Origin: Octopus sinensis
Taxonomy: Eukaryota
Direction of reading: 5' to 3'
Length of the DNA stretch: 64,000 nucleotides
NCBI RefSeq assembly: GCF_006345805.1
Contig: NC_043000.1
Location: 43,586,001 to 43,650,000, forward strand
Position numbers and translations under genes: made by a program. Positions 1 through 12,755 of the stretch are shown one piece after another. Numbering within the stretch: the first letter of the stretch is position 1; each line of letters begins with the position of its first letter. The notes under the pieces are model-generated. The model saw only the letters and a program-made list of their open reading frames with translations. It was not told where the DNA came from and searched no databases.

Positions 1-202
1 ATGAAACGTTTGTCTATTTACGTTTCAGAAAATCTCTGGAGGGTATTTCCTAGCCCCATCAATATTTAGCTATTGTTAAGCTAGCCAGGTTACATTTATA
101 TACAAGTACATACATGCATTCATATGCATACAAACACACTGGTATATATTCACACACACGTATGTACATATATATGTACATGTGTATATATATGTATATA
201 TA

Positions 203-368
203 TCGATCGCGTTCTCACCGGGAATCGATTTTTGTAATTTTTTTCAAGACTTATACTCGCCCTGATACCGTCGGTATCTACCTATCAAATTGGAGCGCAA
301 TCTGATGTAGGATGCCTGAGATCCTAGAAGACACACACAGACAGACAGAATGGATTTTATATTATAGA
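203..368 (-). mobile_element. Non-autonomous Helitron-like element, 5' fragment
   Basis: The minus strand starts A|TCTATAATATAAAATCCATTCTGTCTGTCTGTGTGTG: a 5'-TC after A, then an AT block and (CTGT)n, typical of animal non-autonomous Helitron 5' ends. No 3' hairpin/CTAG seen. Confidence 0.55.
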
Positions 369-764
369 TATACATACATACATACATTTATATTCATATA
401 TACGCATTGTGTATATATAAATATATGTGTGTGTGTCCGAACATACATACATAGTTAATTACTTTGACGAGTAGCGATTTTTCTCTATGAGCAAAGCACT
501 TCCACGTCACTGCAGCCTACACAATTTAAAAAGAGTATCTACCAAGTATCCCTGTAACTGGTCTTTTCGGCTGCCACATCCTGGATGTGCTAGAATGTCA
601 AGAGGATGTCTATGTCTATTCTCAGTTATGTATGCCATTAAAACTGTCATTGAAAGTATCGTTCCTATTTTGAAGCAAAACTTGTTCGTTGATGATTCGC
701 TATTTTTATATAGACCATAAATACAAGCGTTTGTGTATGAACGCATGTATTTGCGAATGAATGC

Positions 765-795
<31 letters not shown>

Positions 796-799
796 CGTG

Positions 800-1007
800 T
801 GATTGTGTCTTTATTAGTCCCGCCACCATCGCTTGACAATCGATGTTGGTGTGTTTACGTCCGCGTAACTTAGTGGTTCAGCAAAAGCGATCGAAAGAAT
901 TAGTACCAATCTTTACTAAGAATAAGTGTTGGGGTCGATTTGTTCGACTAAAGGTGTTGCTCCAGCATGGCCACTATGAAAGGACTGAAATAAAACAATA
1001 AAAGAAT
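800..1007 (+). mobile_element. tRNA-derived SINE (family A, internal GT microsatellite), 3' half
   Basis: Follows (GT)n. Contains ...GGGGTCGATTTGTTCGACTAAAGGTGTTGCTCCAGCATGGCC... and a TAAAA-rich tail, and aligns by eye to the full minus-strand copy at 49481-49861. Confidence 0.8.
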
Positions 1008-1414
1008 ATATTTATGTATGGCTGAATGAATATATGTATACATGTATGAATGAATGTATGTATACATGTACATATATGTTGATAATTACCAAGCAATTTC
1101 GAGGTCAATTTATCATCGCACTATTGAAAATTTGACATAATCTACACTCATGAGTTGTGGATTTCCGTGCAATGATTTGCCTCTGTACGTCATTGTTTTT
1201 CTTTCTTTCAGAATTAACATTAATAATGCGAAGATAATCTCTCAGCATCTAACCACAGCTTTAAATATTGAAATAGATGATGAAATAGTGTAACGTGTAA
1301 AGCAATACACCGATATTTGGTAACTAATATGTTTAAAAGATAAAATTCAGACCACAGAAGTTTAACGATGATTACAATTAGGATGGATATCCTACTGTAA
1401 ATAGAATCACATCA

Positions 1415-1790
1415 TGCGCAGTGCCTTATTTGTATCTGAAAAGAAAGGTTTTCAGCCAGTGTGAGTTGCTTACCATTATGTATGCATCAGAAACACAGGC
1501 TATCAACAAGAGCATTGAAAACATGTTTAGGAGATCACAAAGAATAATAGAAAACAGAATGCTGAACCTTACCAAAAAACGGATGAGTGAAGAAACAACA
1601 GAATAAGCGTGGCAACAAGTTTAACGGATATTATCTGGAAAATATAAAAAGCCCGAAATGATCTTTGGTAAGACAGGTATGTTTGAATGCTTCGATGCCC
1701 AAAGATGGATAACGCAAACATCAGGCTGTGGCAGTTGGTGAGAATATTATGAGGCCTTCGTACACCAGTGGATTGAACATTTACTAGAAT
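1415..1790 (+). mobile_element. RTE-clade LINE, 5'-truncated 3' end (degenerate RT C-terminus)
   Basis: LKRKVFSQCELLTIMYASETQAINK...SQRIIENRMLNLT matches the RTE motif LKRKVF..CVLP..TYG.ETW...QR.MER.ML. It ends in GAGGCCTTCGT..CAGTGGA (EAF..QW) followed by a (TATG)n tail. Confidence 0.85.
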
Positions 1791-1870
1791 TATGTATGTA
1801 TGTATGTATGTATGTATGTATGTATGTATGTATGTATGCATGTATGCATGCATGTAAACATGTATGTATG
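1791..1870. repeat. (TATG)n microsatellite, probable RTE tail
   Basis: Direct tandem repeat immediately after the RTE 3' end. Confidence 0.9.
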
Positions 1871-3576
1871 TACATATGCACACGATATGAAAAGACTGCA
1901 GATATACCTCATTCAAATTTTGTCATTAACCGTGACGAGGACGACGGTGGTCACCGAAATATGCCCAGATTTAGCACTCGTATTATACAACTAACACATT
2001 TGATACTGTGTGGAGTATTTAAACTAGTTTTAGTTTTCTCCTATGCTGTAGTATGTATATTTACAATAACTTTCTTAACCATTCCTAGATACTTGCTGTT
2101 TTTTTTTCAGACTTACGTCATCCTTAAATAACTGATCCGATTATCATCTTCAGCAAATCTAGATCTACTGGTATAAATTCTGTAAAAAATGCCATTATCT
2201 TTTTCTGCATATCTTAGACCATTTGTATAAATTCCTTTTTAAGAGTTAGCCTGTAATTTGGTTTTAGAAGTTCGATGTCTTGTTACATTGGAAATTTTTT
2301 CAACATCTAAATTTGTGGATTATAGGATTCCTAATGCTCTATAACATTGAAATAAAAAGTAGAATTAGAGAAATAAATTTGAAATATGTTAGAATTGTAG
2401 GTTGAGCTATGGATTTTGTTTTATAGGCAACGGACTGTTTTAAAATTTTGTTTTTATTTCTTTCTCTCTAACATGCTCCCTATCAAAATTTGTCCGTTCT
2501 GTTTTAACATACTTGCTTGGTTAAGGACAATATGTCTCTTGGTTACACATTGCAATATCAAAACCAGAGTATGTGTCCTGTATAGTTTGCATTTTAATTG
2601 CTTTTCCATAGTTTGTGAATATATGCCACAATGACGCATACTATTGTTAATGAGGCATTATTCACTTATATATTGATTGCTATCTTGATTTTGTAAACTC
2701 AAATTCTGAAACGATATCGTAGTTCGCTGGCATCATTATCGAGTCGCAGCTTGTCATTCGAAACTTGTTCAACTGCAACTCTAAAATATTTTAAGATAAG
2801 GGTACAGAAGATTAAATTATTTATGAATCGAAAGTCCGGGCATTGAACGTAGATCTACATATTTTAATAAGTCATTAACACTGGTCAATTGTCCACTAAA
2901 ACGATATTTTCTTTTCTATAAGTCTTTAGATATTATGAAATTTATGTTCATGGTATATCGATACATATACACACATAAGAAACTACATGTATAGGAATAT
3001 GTAATGCATATGAATAAATAATTGCGCACCCTGCTGAAAAAAATAACTTTAAAAATACCTTTGGCATTTTAAAAGGAGCCGTAGAAGCAAATGTCATTTC
3101 AAGTATGTCAGTATTGAAATCAATAAAAACTATTTATTTCACTGTACCACCATTCAGAAATGTTTCGGCATTCCAATAGAAAGGAAAGACAAAATTCCTT
3201 ACATGCAACCTCCCGCTATCAACTACTGACATTTATAATATGCTCTTGTCATATTCTATTGAAAATAACTTGAATAATAACTATGCTATTAAACTGCAAG
3301 GCATTGCCAGTTATGTCAAAGAGATTTTCACAGAAACTGTTATTTAAAGCAATTTCCTTCAGATATGACATAACCTGGAAAATATTGATAGTTATTCCAC
3401 AACGACTATGGATTTGCAATCTATAAACTACAATGACGCTGGATCTAATAAACTTTTTTTTTTATTATTTGGGAGTTGCTGCAATATCTAGTTAGGCTGA
3501 GATTGAGATCTATAATACAGATTTATCAGAGATTTTGATATCTCATGGTGCTAATGCTACTGAAACAAATAATCTC

Positions 3577-3578
<2 letters not shown>

Positions 3579-3645
<67 letters not shown>
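3579..3645. repeat. (ATC)n microsatellite
   Basis: Pure trinucleotide run; explains the poly-I and poly-M ORFs. Confidence 0.95.
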
Positions 3646-4756
3646 GTCAGCGCCGTCGTCGTCAACAGCACCATTGTCGTTATCCTCATCAGCTTCATGA
3701 TTATCATCAACTTTGACACTATGATGTCTTTCCTTTGCATTTCATTGATAATTACCTGTAATTTTGGTGAATCTATTGTTAGATATTACGATACCAATAG
3801 TTTATAATGTATCAAGATTATATGGAACTCCATCACGTTTAGAAATTATTCAAAAGGAAGTATGTTATCATCCTTCCCTTCCCTCTTTCCCTATGTTATA
3901 CGACTTCGATTGTCTAATATTGGAATCAACATCCCATCTTCGTTACAGGCATGAAACTTTTTTATAGTTTTCTGCTACAAAATCCCATTTTCCTAGTTGT
4001 AAATTTATATTTTGTAAGTTCAATCTATTTAGTAAGAAAAATTCACAAACATGACAACTTCATCTAATTTACTAATCGCACATAATACAAAGAACGAATC
4101 TTTCGAGGAGATCCAGTGAAATACTGAAGGATATTAGGGAGTGTATAAAAGCATTGATGTACAGAGGAACGTGTTTGATCTGTCCCAGATCCAATAAAGT
4201 CCATCATATAGTTGATAATTCCTCAAATTATAAAATAATTATACTGTTCCAGATTTACTCCGCGTAATGGATACACCTTTCTGTTTTTCTTTTCCTTATC
4301 TCAATGCTTAAATTTCCTAATAAATTCGTGATTTTAGGAGAGTCAAGGATCGGTAGAAAAGTAATGGATCATTGGGCTTCTGTTCATGCCTTGAAAACAG
4401 ATTCAAAATTCCTGTAACTGTTTTATTAAACTTATACTAATAAGGTAGAGTGTTGTTGACAGCAGAATGCAAAGTAACAAGATGTATTAATGCAAAAGAG
4501 AGGTAGAGAGAAATTCATAAAAATATTATTTTGTTTCTAAAACCTGTGTATATATTGCAAAAATAGAACGATATTTGAGCTCAATTTTGACTATGTTTCG
4601 ATTGTATAAATCAATGCTAATGAGAAATGATATCTTGTATATATTACCACATGACAAATATTTCTTTAAACCTAATAAAAGCCGAATTATATATGTAAAT
4701 CACAGTGAATAATCTTAATAAACAAAGGAATATTACATTAAATATCATAAATACTA

Positions 4757-4964
4757 GTTACAAATTTCGGCTCAAAGCAATCAATTTCAGTTGAGTGGTG
4801 GGCGATTAGATCAACACCAGTGCTCAACTGATACTTATTTATTGACCCGAAATGATGAAAGGTAAAGTCGACTTCAGCAAAATTTAAACTCAAAATGTGA
4901 GGACAGATAAAATGCCGCTAAGCATTTTCCCTAGCGTGCTAACTATTCTGCCAGATCCAACCTT
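4757..4964 (-). mobile_element. tRNA-derived SINE (family B), diverged copy
   Basis: GATGAAAGGTAAAGTCGACTTCAGCAAAATTTAAACTC...GCTAAGCATTTTCCCTAGCGTGCTAACTATTCTGCCAG is homologous to the copy at 54677-55028. Confidence 0.8.
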
Positions 4965-5458
4965 AAATATGTTAAATATTTTCATGAAGAATATAAGTCA
5001 AGCTTTCGTAGGAATATACACCATATGCATTATTGTTAATATATTTTAAGATTCAGTTAACTACCCCAGGGAGCTATCTCAGTTAGGCCATATGTATTTT
5101 CAATGGTGAAGTATTCCCTGTCTATGCAGAATCATTCCGGTTACATTCGCTTTCGGCCATTTTCCAATCATGCATATTTAAATGCCCAAGAGGAAGACAG
5201 AAAAATTAAGTTAATGGTTTCTACTTAAAATATGTGGTATAAAAGCATGGAAATTAAAAAACTCAAGGCTTCCGTATAATTATACATTCACAAGAAATCT
5301 ATCAATCAATTAATACGTCTGTCCTACTTGATTTAGGTGCAAATGTCTAAATAGTATGCGTATTTGTTTATGTGCATCGCTATGTATGTTATATATTTAT
5401 AAAGACAAACACACATTCACACATACACGTACACAAACAAACATACATACATAATACC

Positions 5459-7087
5459 TATATATATATATATATATATATAAATATATATAAGTATATG
5501 TGTGTGTGCTCGTAAGTAAAACCTAGCGTACGCGTACACATAGATTAATATATATATATATATGGCAAGAAGGAGAGAGTGCGTGAGTTAAAGTGTTTAC
5601 GATGATATTCCTCTATATATATGTGCCAGAGTTTAACATTCAGTCGAGAATAATCTTGATGCCTCAGTAAGAAATATATTTTACCACTAACTAAATCCAT
5701 ACGAATCAGTTGTGAATAGTATGTATCATAATATGCAAATATTAACGAAACTACTACCAGCCTTAGTTTGACAGATATCTCTCAAAGAACGAAGTAGGAG
5801 ATAATCTGCTTTTAGACCGTAACAGTTTTATATGCGCAAAATGAAAGATAAAATATTTGCTACTTGATTTTATTGGATTCACAACGTATTTTCGAACCGT
5901 AGAAGTATATATTTTTCCTCAAGAAGCACAACGTAGCGAAGTTATATGACTTTGTATATATTTACACGAGTTAATATGTCTATATTTATACCTGTGCGTG
6001 CATGCATCTGGCTATTGACGAGTTTATGACAGGACCGTATGAGAGTATATGGCAATGACCTGAGATTTAGGGAAATAATGAACAATCATATTGCAGATGC
6101 AAATATTACGAAATAATAATATGATAAAATAGGTACCAGCTGAGCATAGGATTTGATGCAATCGATTTACCGTTTCCATTAACATGCTGGCCTTGTGCCA
6201 AAACCTGAAACCAACATGATACATCTTTGACTTGTAAACAAGATGGAATGATATAACCGAATAATGATATTGGAATTTATTACATGATAGCAGTTAATAC
6301 TATTGCATTTATCTCCGACTCTTTCTACATTAAAAATTTACCTCACCGACATTTTGCTGAGTTAGAATGAATGAGGTTGATCAGATCAGGAACTTCATTT
6401 AACGGGTCGAAATACTTGGTACAGAATTTCGATTTCTGTGTACCATCTGTTTTGCAAATTTGCTAATAATGACATATGAACAGCTAGTATTATTTTCAAT
6501 CATTCCTTTAAATAGATTCGATTTAGAAGTTAATGTCAGTATGTTCCTTCTTTCCAAATTTTTTATTCCTCTTTCGATATATGATAATGGTTAGTTGCTG
6601 CATAATTTACAGCGATGTATCTCTGAGGAAATGAAGCGTTTGAAGCTGACATTCTGCTTTCATGCTATACTTAAAAATCGAATGACCAATACACTTACTA
6701 TATAGGCTACGACGAAGAATAATGAAACATTTAAGTGCGAATAGCCGGCTAAGTTCAGGGTCCCAGTATTTAATTGTTTTTAACAAATTTCAATCAGGAG
6801 AAATAAAAAAAAGAACGATAATTGCTGAGAGCTGTTACAATGACGTCCAAAAGCTATTACAATGATCAGTTTTTGAAATTTATGTTAAGTGTATTGAACG
6901 CCAACAGTTGAAGCCAATTTATGCATTGTTTTAGTACACTTAATGACTTAGTAGTGAATAAAACGGCTGTTTGACAAAATTTACTAGTAGTATGAAATAT
7001 TTATCTTTTTTTCAGAAATATGCAATGCGCGACTAGCTAAACCTAATATATTACTGGTACATTTACTGACTGCCGAACTACCCTTCA
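5459..7087 (+). repeat. Tandem segmental duplication, copy 1 (~1.63 kb)
   Basis: Matches 7088-8716 at offset 1630, then 1629. The only difference seen is a single A indel (GTCGAAATAC at 6406-6415 vs GTCGAATAC at 8036-8044). Bounded by (TA)n. Confidence 0.95.
6123..6214 (+). mobile_element. SINE family B 3' fragment (duplicated at 7753-7844)
   Basis: GATAAAATAGGTACCAGCTGAGCA...GCTGGCCTTGTGCCAAAA matches the 3' part of the family-B copies in this window. Confidence 0.6.
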
Positions 7088-8716
7088 ATATATATATATA
7101 TATATATATATAAATATATATAAGTATATGTGTGTGTGCTCGTAAGTAAAACCTAGCGTACGCGTACACATAGATTAATATATATATATATATGGCAAGA
7201 AGGAGAGAGTGCGTGAGTTAAAGTGTTTACGATGATATTCCTCTATATATATGTGCCAGAGTTTAACATTCAGTCGAGAATAATCTTGATGCCTCAGTAA
7301 GAAATATATTTTACCACTAACTAAATCCATACGAATCAGTTGTGAATAGTATGTATCATAATATGCAAATATTAACGAAACTACTACCAGCCTTAGTTTG
7401 ACAGATATCTCTCAAAGAACGAAGTAGGAGATAATCTGCTTTTAGACCGTAACAGTTTTATATGCGCAAAATGAAAGATAAAATATTTGCTACTTGATTT
7501 TATTGGATTCACAACGTATTTTCGAACCGTAGAAGTATATATTTTTCCTCAAGAAGCACAACGTAGCGAAGTTATATGACTTTGTATATATTTACACGAG
7601 TTAATATGTCTATATTTATACCTGTGCGTGCATGCATCTGGCTATTGACGAGTTTATGACAGGACCGTATGAGAGTATATGGCAATGACCTGAGATTTAG
7701 GGAAATAATGAACAATCATATTGCAGATGCAAATATTACGAAATAATAATATGATAAAATAGGTACCAGCTGAGCATAGGATTTGATGCAATCGATTTAC
7801 CGTTTCCATTAACATGCTGGCCTTGTGCCAAAACCTGAAACCAACATGATACATCTTTGACTTGTAAACAAGATGGAATGATATAACCGAATAATGATAT
7901 TGGAATTTATTACATGATAGCAGTTAATACTATTGCATTTATCTCCGACTCTTTCTACATTAAAAATTTACCTCACCGACATTTTGCTGAGTTAGAATGA
8001 ATGAGGTTGATCAGATCAGGAACTTCATTTAACGGGTCGAATACTTGGTACAGAATTTCGATTTCTGTGTACCATCTGTTTTGCAAATTTGCTAATAATG
8101 ACATATGAACAGCTAGTATTATTTTCAATCATTCCTTTAAATAGATTCGATTTAGAAGTTAATGTCAGTATGTTCCTTCTTTCCAAATTTTTTATTCCTC
8201 TTTCGATATATGATAATGGTTAGTTGCTGCATAATTTACAGCGATGTATCTCTGAGGAAATGAAGCGTTTGAAGCTGACATTCTGCTTTCATGCTATACT
8301 TAAAAATCGAATGACCAATACACTTACTATATAGGCTACGACGAAGAATAATGAAACATTTAAGTGCGAATAGCCGGCTAAGTTCAGGGTCCCAGTATTT
8401 AATTGTTTTTAACAAATTTCAATCAGGAGAAATAAAAAAAAGAACGATAATTGCTGAGAGCTGTTACAATGACGTCCAAAAGCTATTACAATGATCAGTT
8501 TTTGAAATTTATGTTAAGTGTATTGAACGCCAACAGTTGAAGCCAATTTATGCATTGTTTTAGTACACTTAATGACTTAGTAGTGAATAAAACGGCTGTT
8601 TGACAAAATTTACTAGTAGTATGAAATATTTATCTTTTTTTCAGAAATATGCAATGCGCGACTAGCTAAACCTAATATATTACTGGTACATTTACTGACT
8701 GCCGAACTACCCTTCA
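7088..8716 (+). repeat. Tandem segmental duplication, copy 2
   Basis: See copy 1; followed by (TA)n at ~8717-8735. Confidence 0.95.
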
Positions 8717-8788
8717 ATATATATATATATATATATTGCCATATACTCTCATTGCCATATACTCTCATACGGTCCTGTCAGAAACCCG

Positions 8789-9650
8789 GCAACAGATTAG
8801 AGACCCAGAGGTCCGTCAGATACCTTTGAGTAACCACCTAGCAACATGTGGCCGGGAAATGTATATAATATTTTCGTTCTACAAATTACACAGCCCAAGT
8901 GAAATCGAGAGGAAAATCAGAGAAAAGAATTTTATTGATAAATTCGAGCCCAAGCTAAATAAGCAATAATAATAATACTTAGAGGTACTACTTCTACTGC
9001 TACGACCATGACCACCACCAACAACAACAATACTAAAGGTGATCAAGATGAAGATAGCAGGAAAATTATCTTACTTAGGGTTAAAAGTTCTATTGCCACA
9101 ACAATAATTAAGGTGCTGACAATGATGATGATGACAATTGAAATATAAAAATATAAAAATCTCTGACAAAGGCTATTTACAACATTTCTAAAAATAACCC
9201 AACAATTACTGCTTCGGCCAGGGTCAAGATACAGGACTCTTGACATGTCCAACAAAGCGTGACGCCTAAACCAATCAGCTCAACCAACCAATCAGCTTAA
9301 GTAATTGAGTGATACTACACACTGATTGGTCAGAATACAGTTTGCAAAACCCAGCACTCTGGAACCTACCCAGCTGTATTTATAGCACAGAATAAATCAT
9401 CTTGCTACAGTCAAAAATTGTGAAGCATGACTGTCACCACTACTACATGAACCCGAAGATTGCAGAATTTAATGCATGAAAGTACTAGTTCAAACAGAAT
9501 GAACATTTAACATTCTACTATTTTATTTTATTTTATTCTATTATAATATATTATCTTATAATATATCATTATAAGATTGTAAATAAAACGTGAAAATCAG
9601 ACAAGGTTGGAATTCCTTTTATTAATATATTCTTCTTTACACAATCACAC
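8789..9650 (+). mobile_element. Penelope-like element, 5'-truncated: GIY-YIG C-terminus plus pseudo-LTR
   Basis: RQQIRDPEVRQIPLSNHLATCG...FYKL...RKIREKNFIDKFEPKLNKQ* (stop ~8969) is a typical PLE endonuclease C-terminus. It is followed by CCAAT boxes (9271, 9288, reverse 9322), TATTTATA (9377) and a hammerhead-like motif (9448-9492). Confidence 0.8.
9448..9492 (+). ncRNA. Degenerate minimal type I hammerhead ribozyme (PLE pLTR)
   Basis: Stem I TGAAC/GTTCA; core CCGAAGA (U4C change); stem II TGCA-GAATTTAA-TGCA; then GAAA, palindromic loop GTAC and a UA cleavage site. Confidence 0.65.
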
Positions 9651-9657
9651 ACACGCA

Positions 9658-9817
<160 letters not shown>

Positions 9818-10139
9818 TATATATGTCTGTCTCTATATGTACATACATAGATGAGTGTGTGTTCATGCATATGTGCGTGCATTTATGTGTGTGCGCGTAT
9901 ACACACACATATTTAAAGGAGAAGCCGGCTTCACAGATTTTGCTGCGCAAATTAATATGCATTTAGGATAAAATTCGATTGTCAGACAATGATCACGTGA
10001 TCAGGCATAGAAATGTTCGTAAATCTGCAGCTAACACCATAGCGTTAATGCTGAGTGACTATATATTTTATGCCGAACGTGTCTAGCGTCAGTTCGAAAG
10101 AGCCAAGCTTCTCTGAACTTCATTTATCAAGCGGTAGAT

Positions 10140-10760
10140 AGATTGGAATTGCTTGTATATTATCATAAAATTTTGTTATATTTCTTTTTGTCCGTGGTTT
10201 AGTGCATGTGTAGCTTGTTGACTTTGTATCAGCCAGGATTTAAAAAATTTTTGTGTAAGAGTATTTCCTTTATCTATTCGTGTTTCAAGTGTGATATTCT
10301 TTGAATAAAGACTTTTGGGGATACTTTTGGAGACTTTTTTCCCCTACAAGGAAAGTAATCCATGTTGAAATGTTTCACTGCCTATAACTGTTGACAGTGG
10401 GAAATATCAAAGATTTGTAAATTTAGTATATCCAGTGGCTGAATGGATAAGATTTCTATGTTGCAAGGTAAGAATGAAATTTTGTTTTCCATTAAAGTTG
10501 TCTTAATATCATTTGAGAAAATCCATGTTTCTGCCCAATGTTGAGATTGTTGATTGTGTAAATGCAACATTTTAAGTTGCCAAATGTGTTGTGTATGAGT
10601 TGTTGTTGGTACACGTGCATTGTCAAGGTTTATTTAGTCCTGGTTTGTATTTTTGTATGAATATAATTTCTTTGATTTCTTTGTGTGTTTGATCTACGGC
10701 ATTGAGTGAACAAAGGCAGTGAGAAATCTTTGAATTCGAGTTAATTATATTTTGCACATA
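10140..10760 (-). mobile_element. Penelope-like element remnant
   Basis: Minus strand reads ...LNAVDQTHKEIKEIIFIQKYKPGLNKP* (stop 10623-10625), a GIY-YIG C-terminus. The downstream ...SIPKSLIQRI... weakly resembles a PLE thumb segment. Confidence 0.55.
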
Positions 10761-11713
10761 TTTCTATGTGCCCACTTAGTGTGTTCTATCTACTACTGTG
10801 GTGTCACTACTGAGACAAGACCCAAGAATGAATCAACCACTCGAAGAACACAAAATAATCAAAAAATAACCAAAATCTACTCACCAGAGCTAATTTATAC
10901 TCCACAAGTCATACACCGACAATAAAATTGCGTGGACGACCTGACTGCGAGGTTTGCATCAATCCCATTGGAGACAAAACATAAATGTAAATCAGATCAA
11001 TTTTTTATAATAAAAATCATTATACTTGTCCATGGAAATATTCAGCATGGCCTTTTATGTGTTATGAATCGCTGGAATATATCATGAGTATATCAACTCA
11101 TGTCTAAATATACGCACAAAATATTTCGTCCTTACATATGCAAGGAATGCAAGGCTGAAACTGGATAAAATTAGATTGATTTCGTCAGTATATGTAATGG
11201 TGTGTTGCTACATATCAAATAAGTTTATGTGCAAGATAACATTTTAAAGAATTTATTTTCCTTAATGTAAAAAATTTCGAACAAAAATAGAGAAAGCAAA
11301 ATAAAGTGAAAAATATATAGCGTAAAAATATAAGAATATGGCGAATAATGTAAATGAATTTTTAACCAAAGGAATTACATACATAGGTTAGGGGAACTGA
11401 AAGAGATAGAGATATAAAGGTTCTACAGGGATCATAGTGAAATCAAGAGGTAATATTCAAACACAGTAAATTTCAATGCAGGCATAACAAGGACAAGACA
11501 TCTCACAGAAAGCAACTGAACATTCAAGATTTATTGTTAATACGTTCAAACCTCACCTGAAATATACTTTTCAGGAGAAAATCATACATAGAGGTACATC
11601 TGCAGAAGAGTGCAAAAATACAAACTAATTTCCATGCGCGCGCACACACACACCTATTAGTAAACAAACAACGGTTGTAATCTGTGTAACCGCTTCTCCA
11701 TCTATCTATCTAT

Positions 11714-11768
<55 letters not shown>

Positions 11769-12614
11769 AGCCATCCATCTACATATCTGGGAATCAGCTA
11801 TATAGTTAGAGAGATGGATAGATCGATAGATAAATAGATAGATAGACAGAGTTAAGTCATCGCGAGAACTTTGTTGCTTGAAAAGGCATAAGGTAGTCAG
11901 ATTAAAAGATATAAACACAATTTTTGACTAAGATGAAAAAAGGAACTGTTACATTTTAAATCGAACCCAGTGACACTACGAGACACCATGTTAACCGAAC
12001 TGGAGACATTAATGATTAGTCAATAAAGAAAACATTAAACGCAGAAGAAGTGAACATATTGAGTAGGGGATTAAAATTTACAGCTCACCATTTGAGCTTA
12101 GAATGTAATGCGCATTAAGTAATCTTGGTCTGAGATTCTAAGAATTCTGCCATCTTAAATAATAATAATGATTATGTTAATGTAGACGAGTACAAGAAGA
12201 TAAATAAGTATGATTATAATTTCAACGGGTAATTACAAGTCATTTACATGAGTGTGTCAAATAATGAATCGCATATATTATATGTACGTTCTGTCATATA
12301 CGGTCTCACAGGAATTCACAATTACAATTGTACACTCTAACATTTCTTTATCTAAATGCACACTCTGTCAGGTGATGAAAGATCCACCTACATACGTATA
12401 TGCACAAACCACTCACACACATATGCATATTACTAACGCCCATAGAGATTTATTTCAGCATATACTTAATATTACGTAACTTCTAATAGATTACTGAATG
12501 TAAACTGAATTTAATTATCACTCGGAAAGTGGTAATGCAATATATCATAGCATTCTCTGAAATATGTATTAGAATTAAGTTAAATAAGAATAATATACAC
12601 AAGTGCAAATATTG

Positions 12615-12755
12615 CTGTGTAATTGAGAAGCAGGTTTCTCAACCACACGGTTCCAGGTTCTATTTAAATATGGCAACTCGGCAACTGCTCTTCGTTTGTT
12701 TCGGGTTGACCTACAGCATCTCCCTACGATTTGGTCAACTCTCTCAGAAGCAATA
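12615..12755 (+). mobile_element. SINE family A, diverged 5' head
   Basis: GAGAAGCAGGTTTCTCAACCACACGGTTCCAGGTTC... resembles the head of the 49481-49861 copy. Confidence 0.5.

Noticed and set aside
10045-10095. CTGAGTGA...CCGAACGTGTC hammerhead-like text
   Set aside because: Core and GAAA are both altered, no stem II, and it is antisense to the adjacent PLE ORF.
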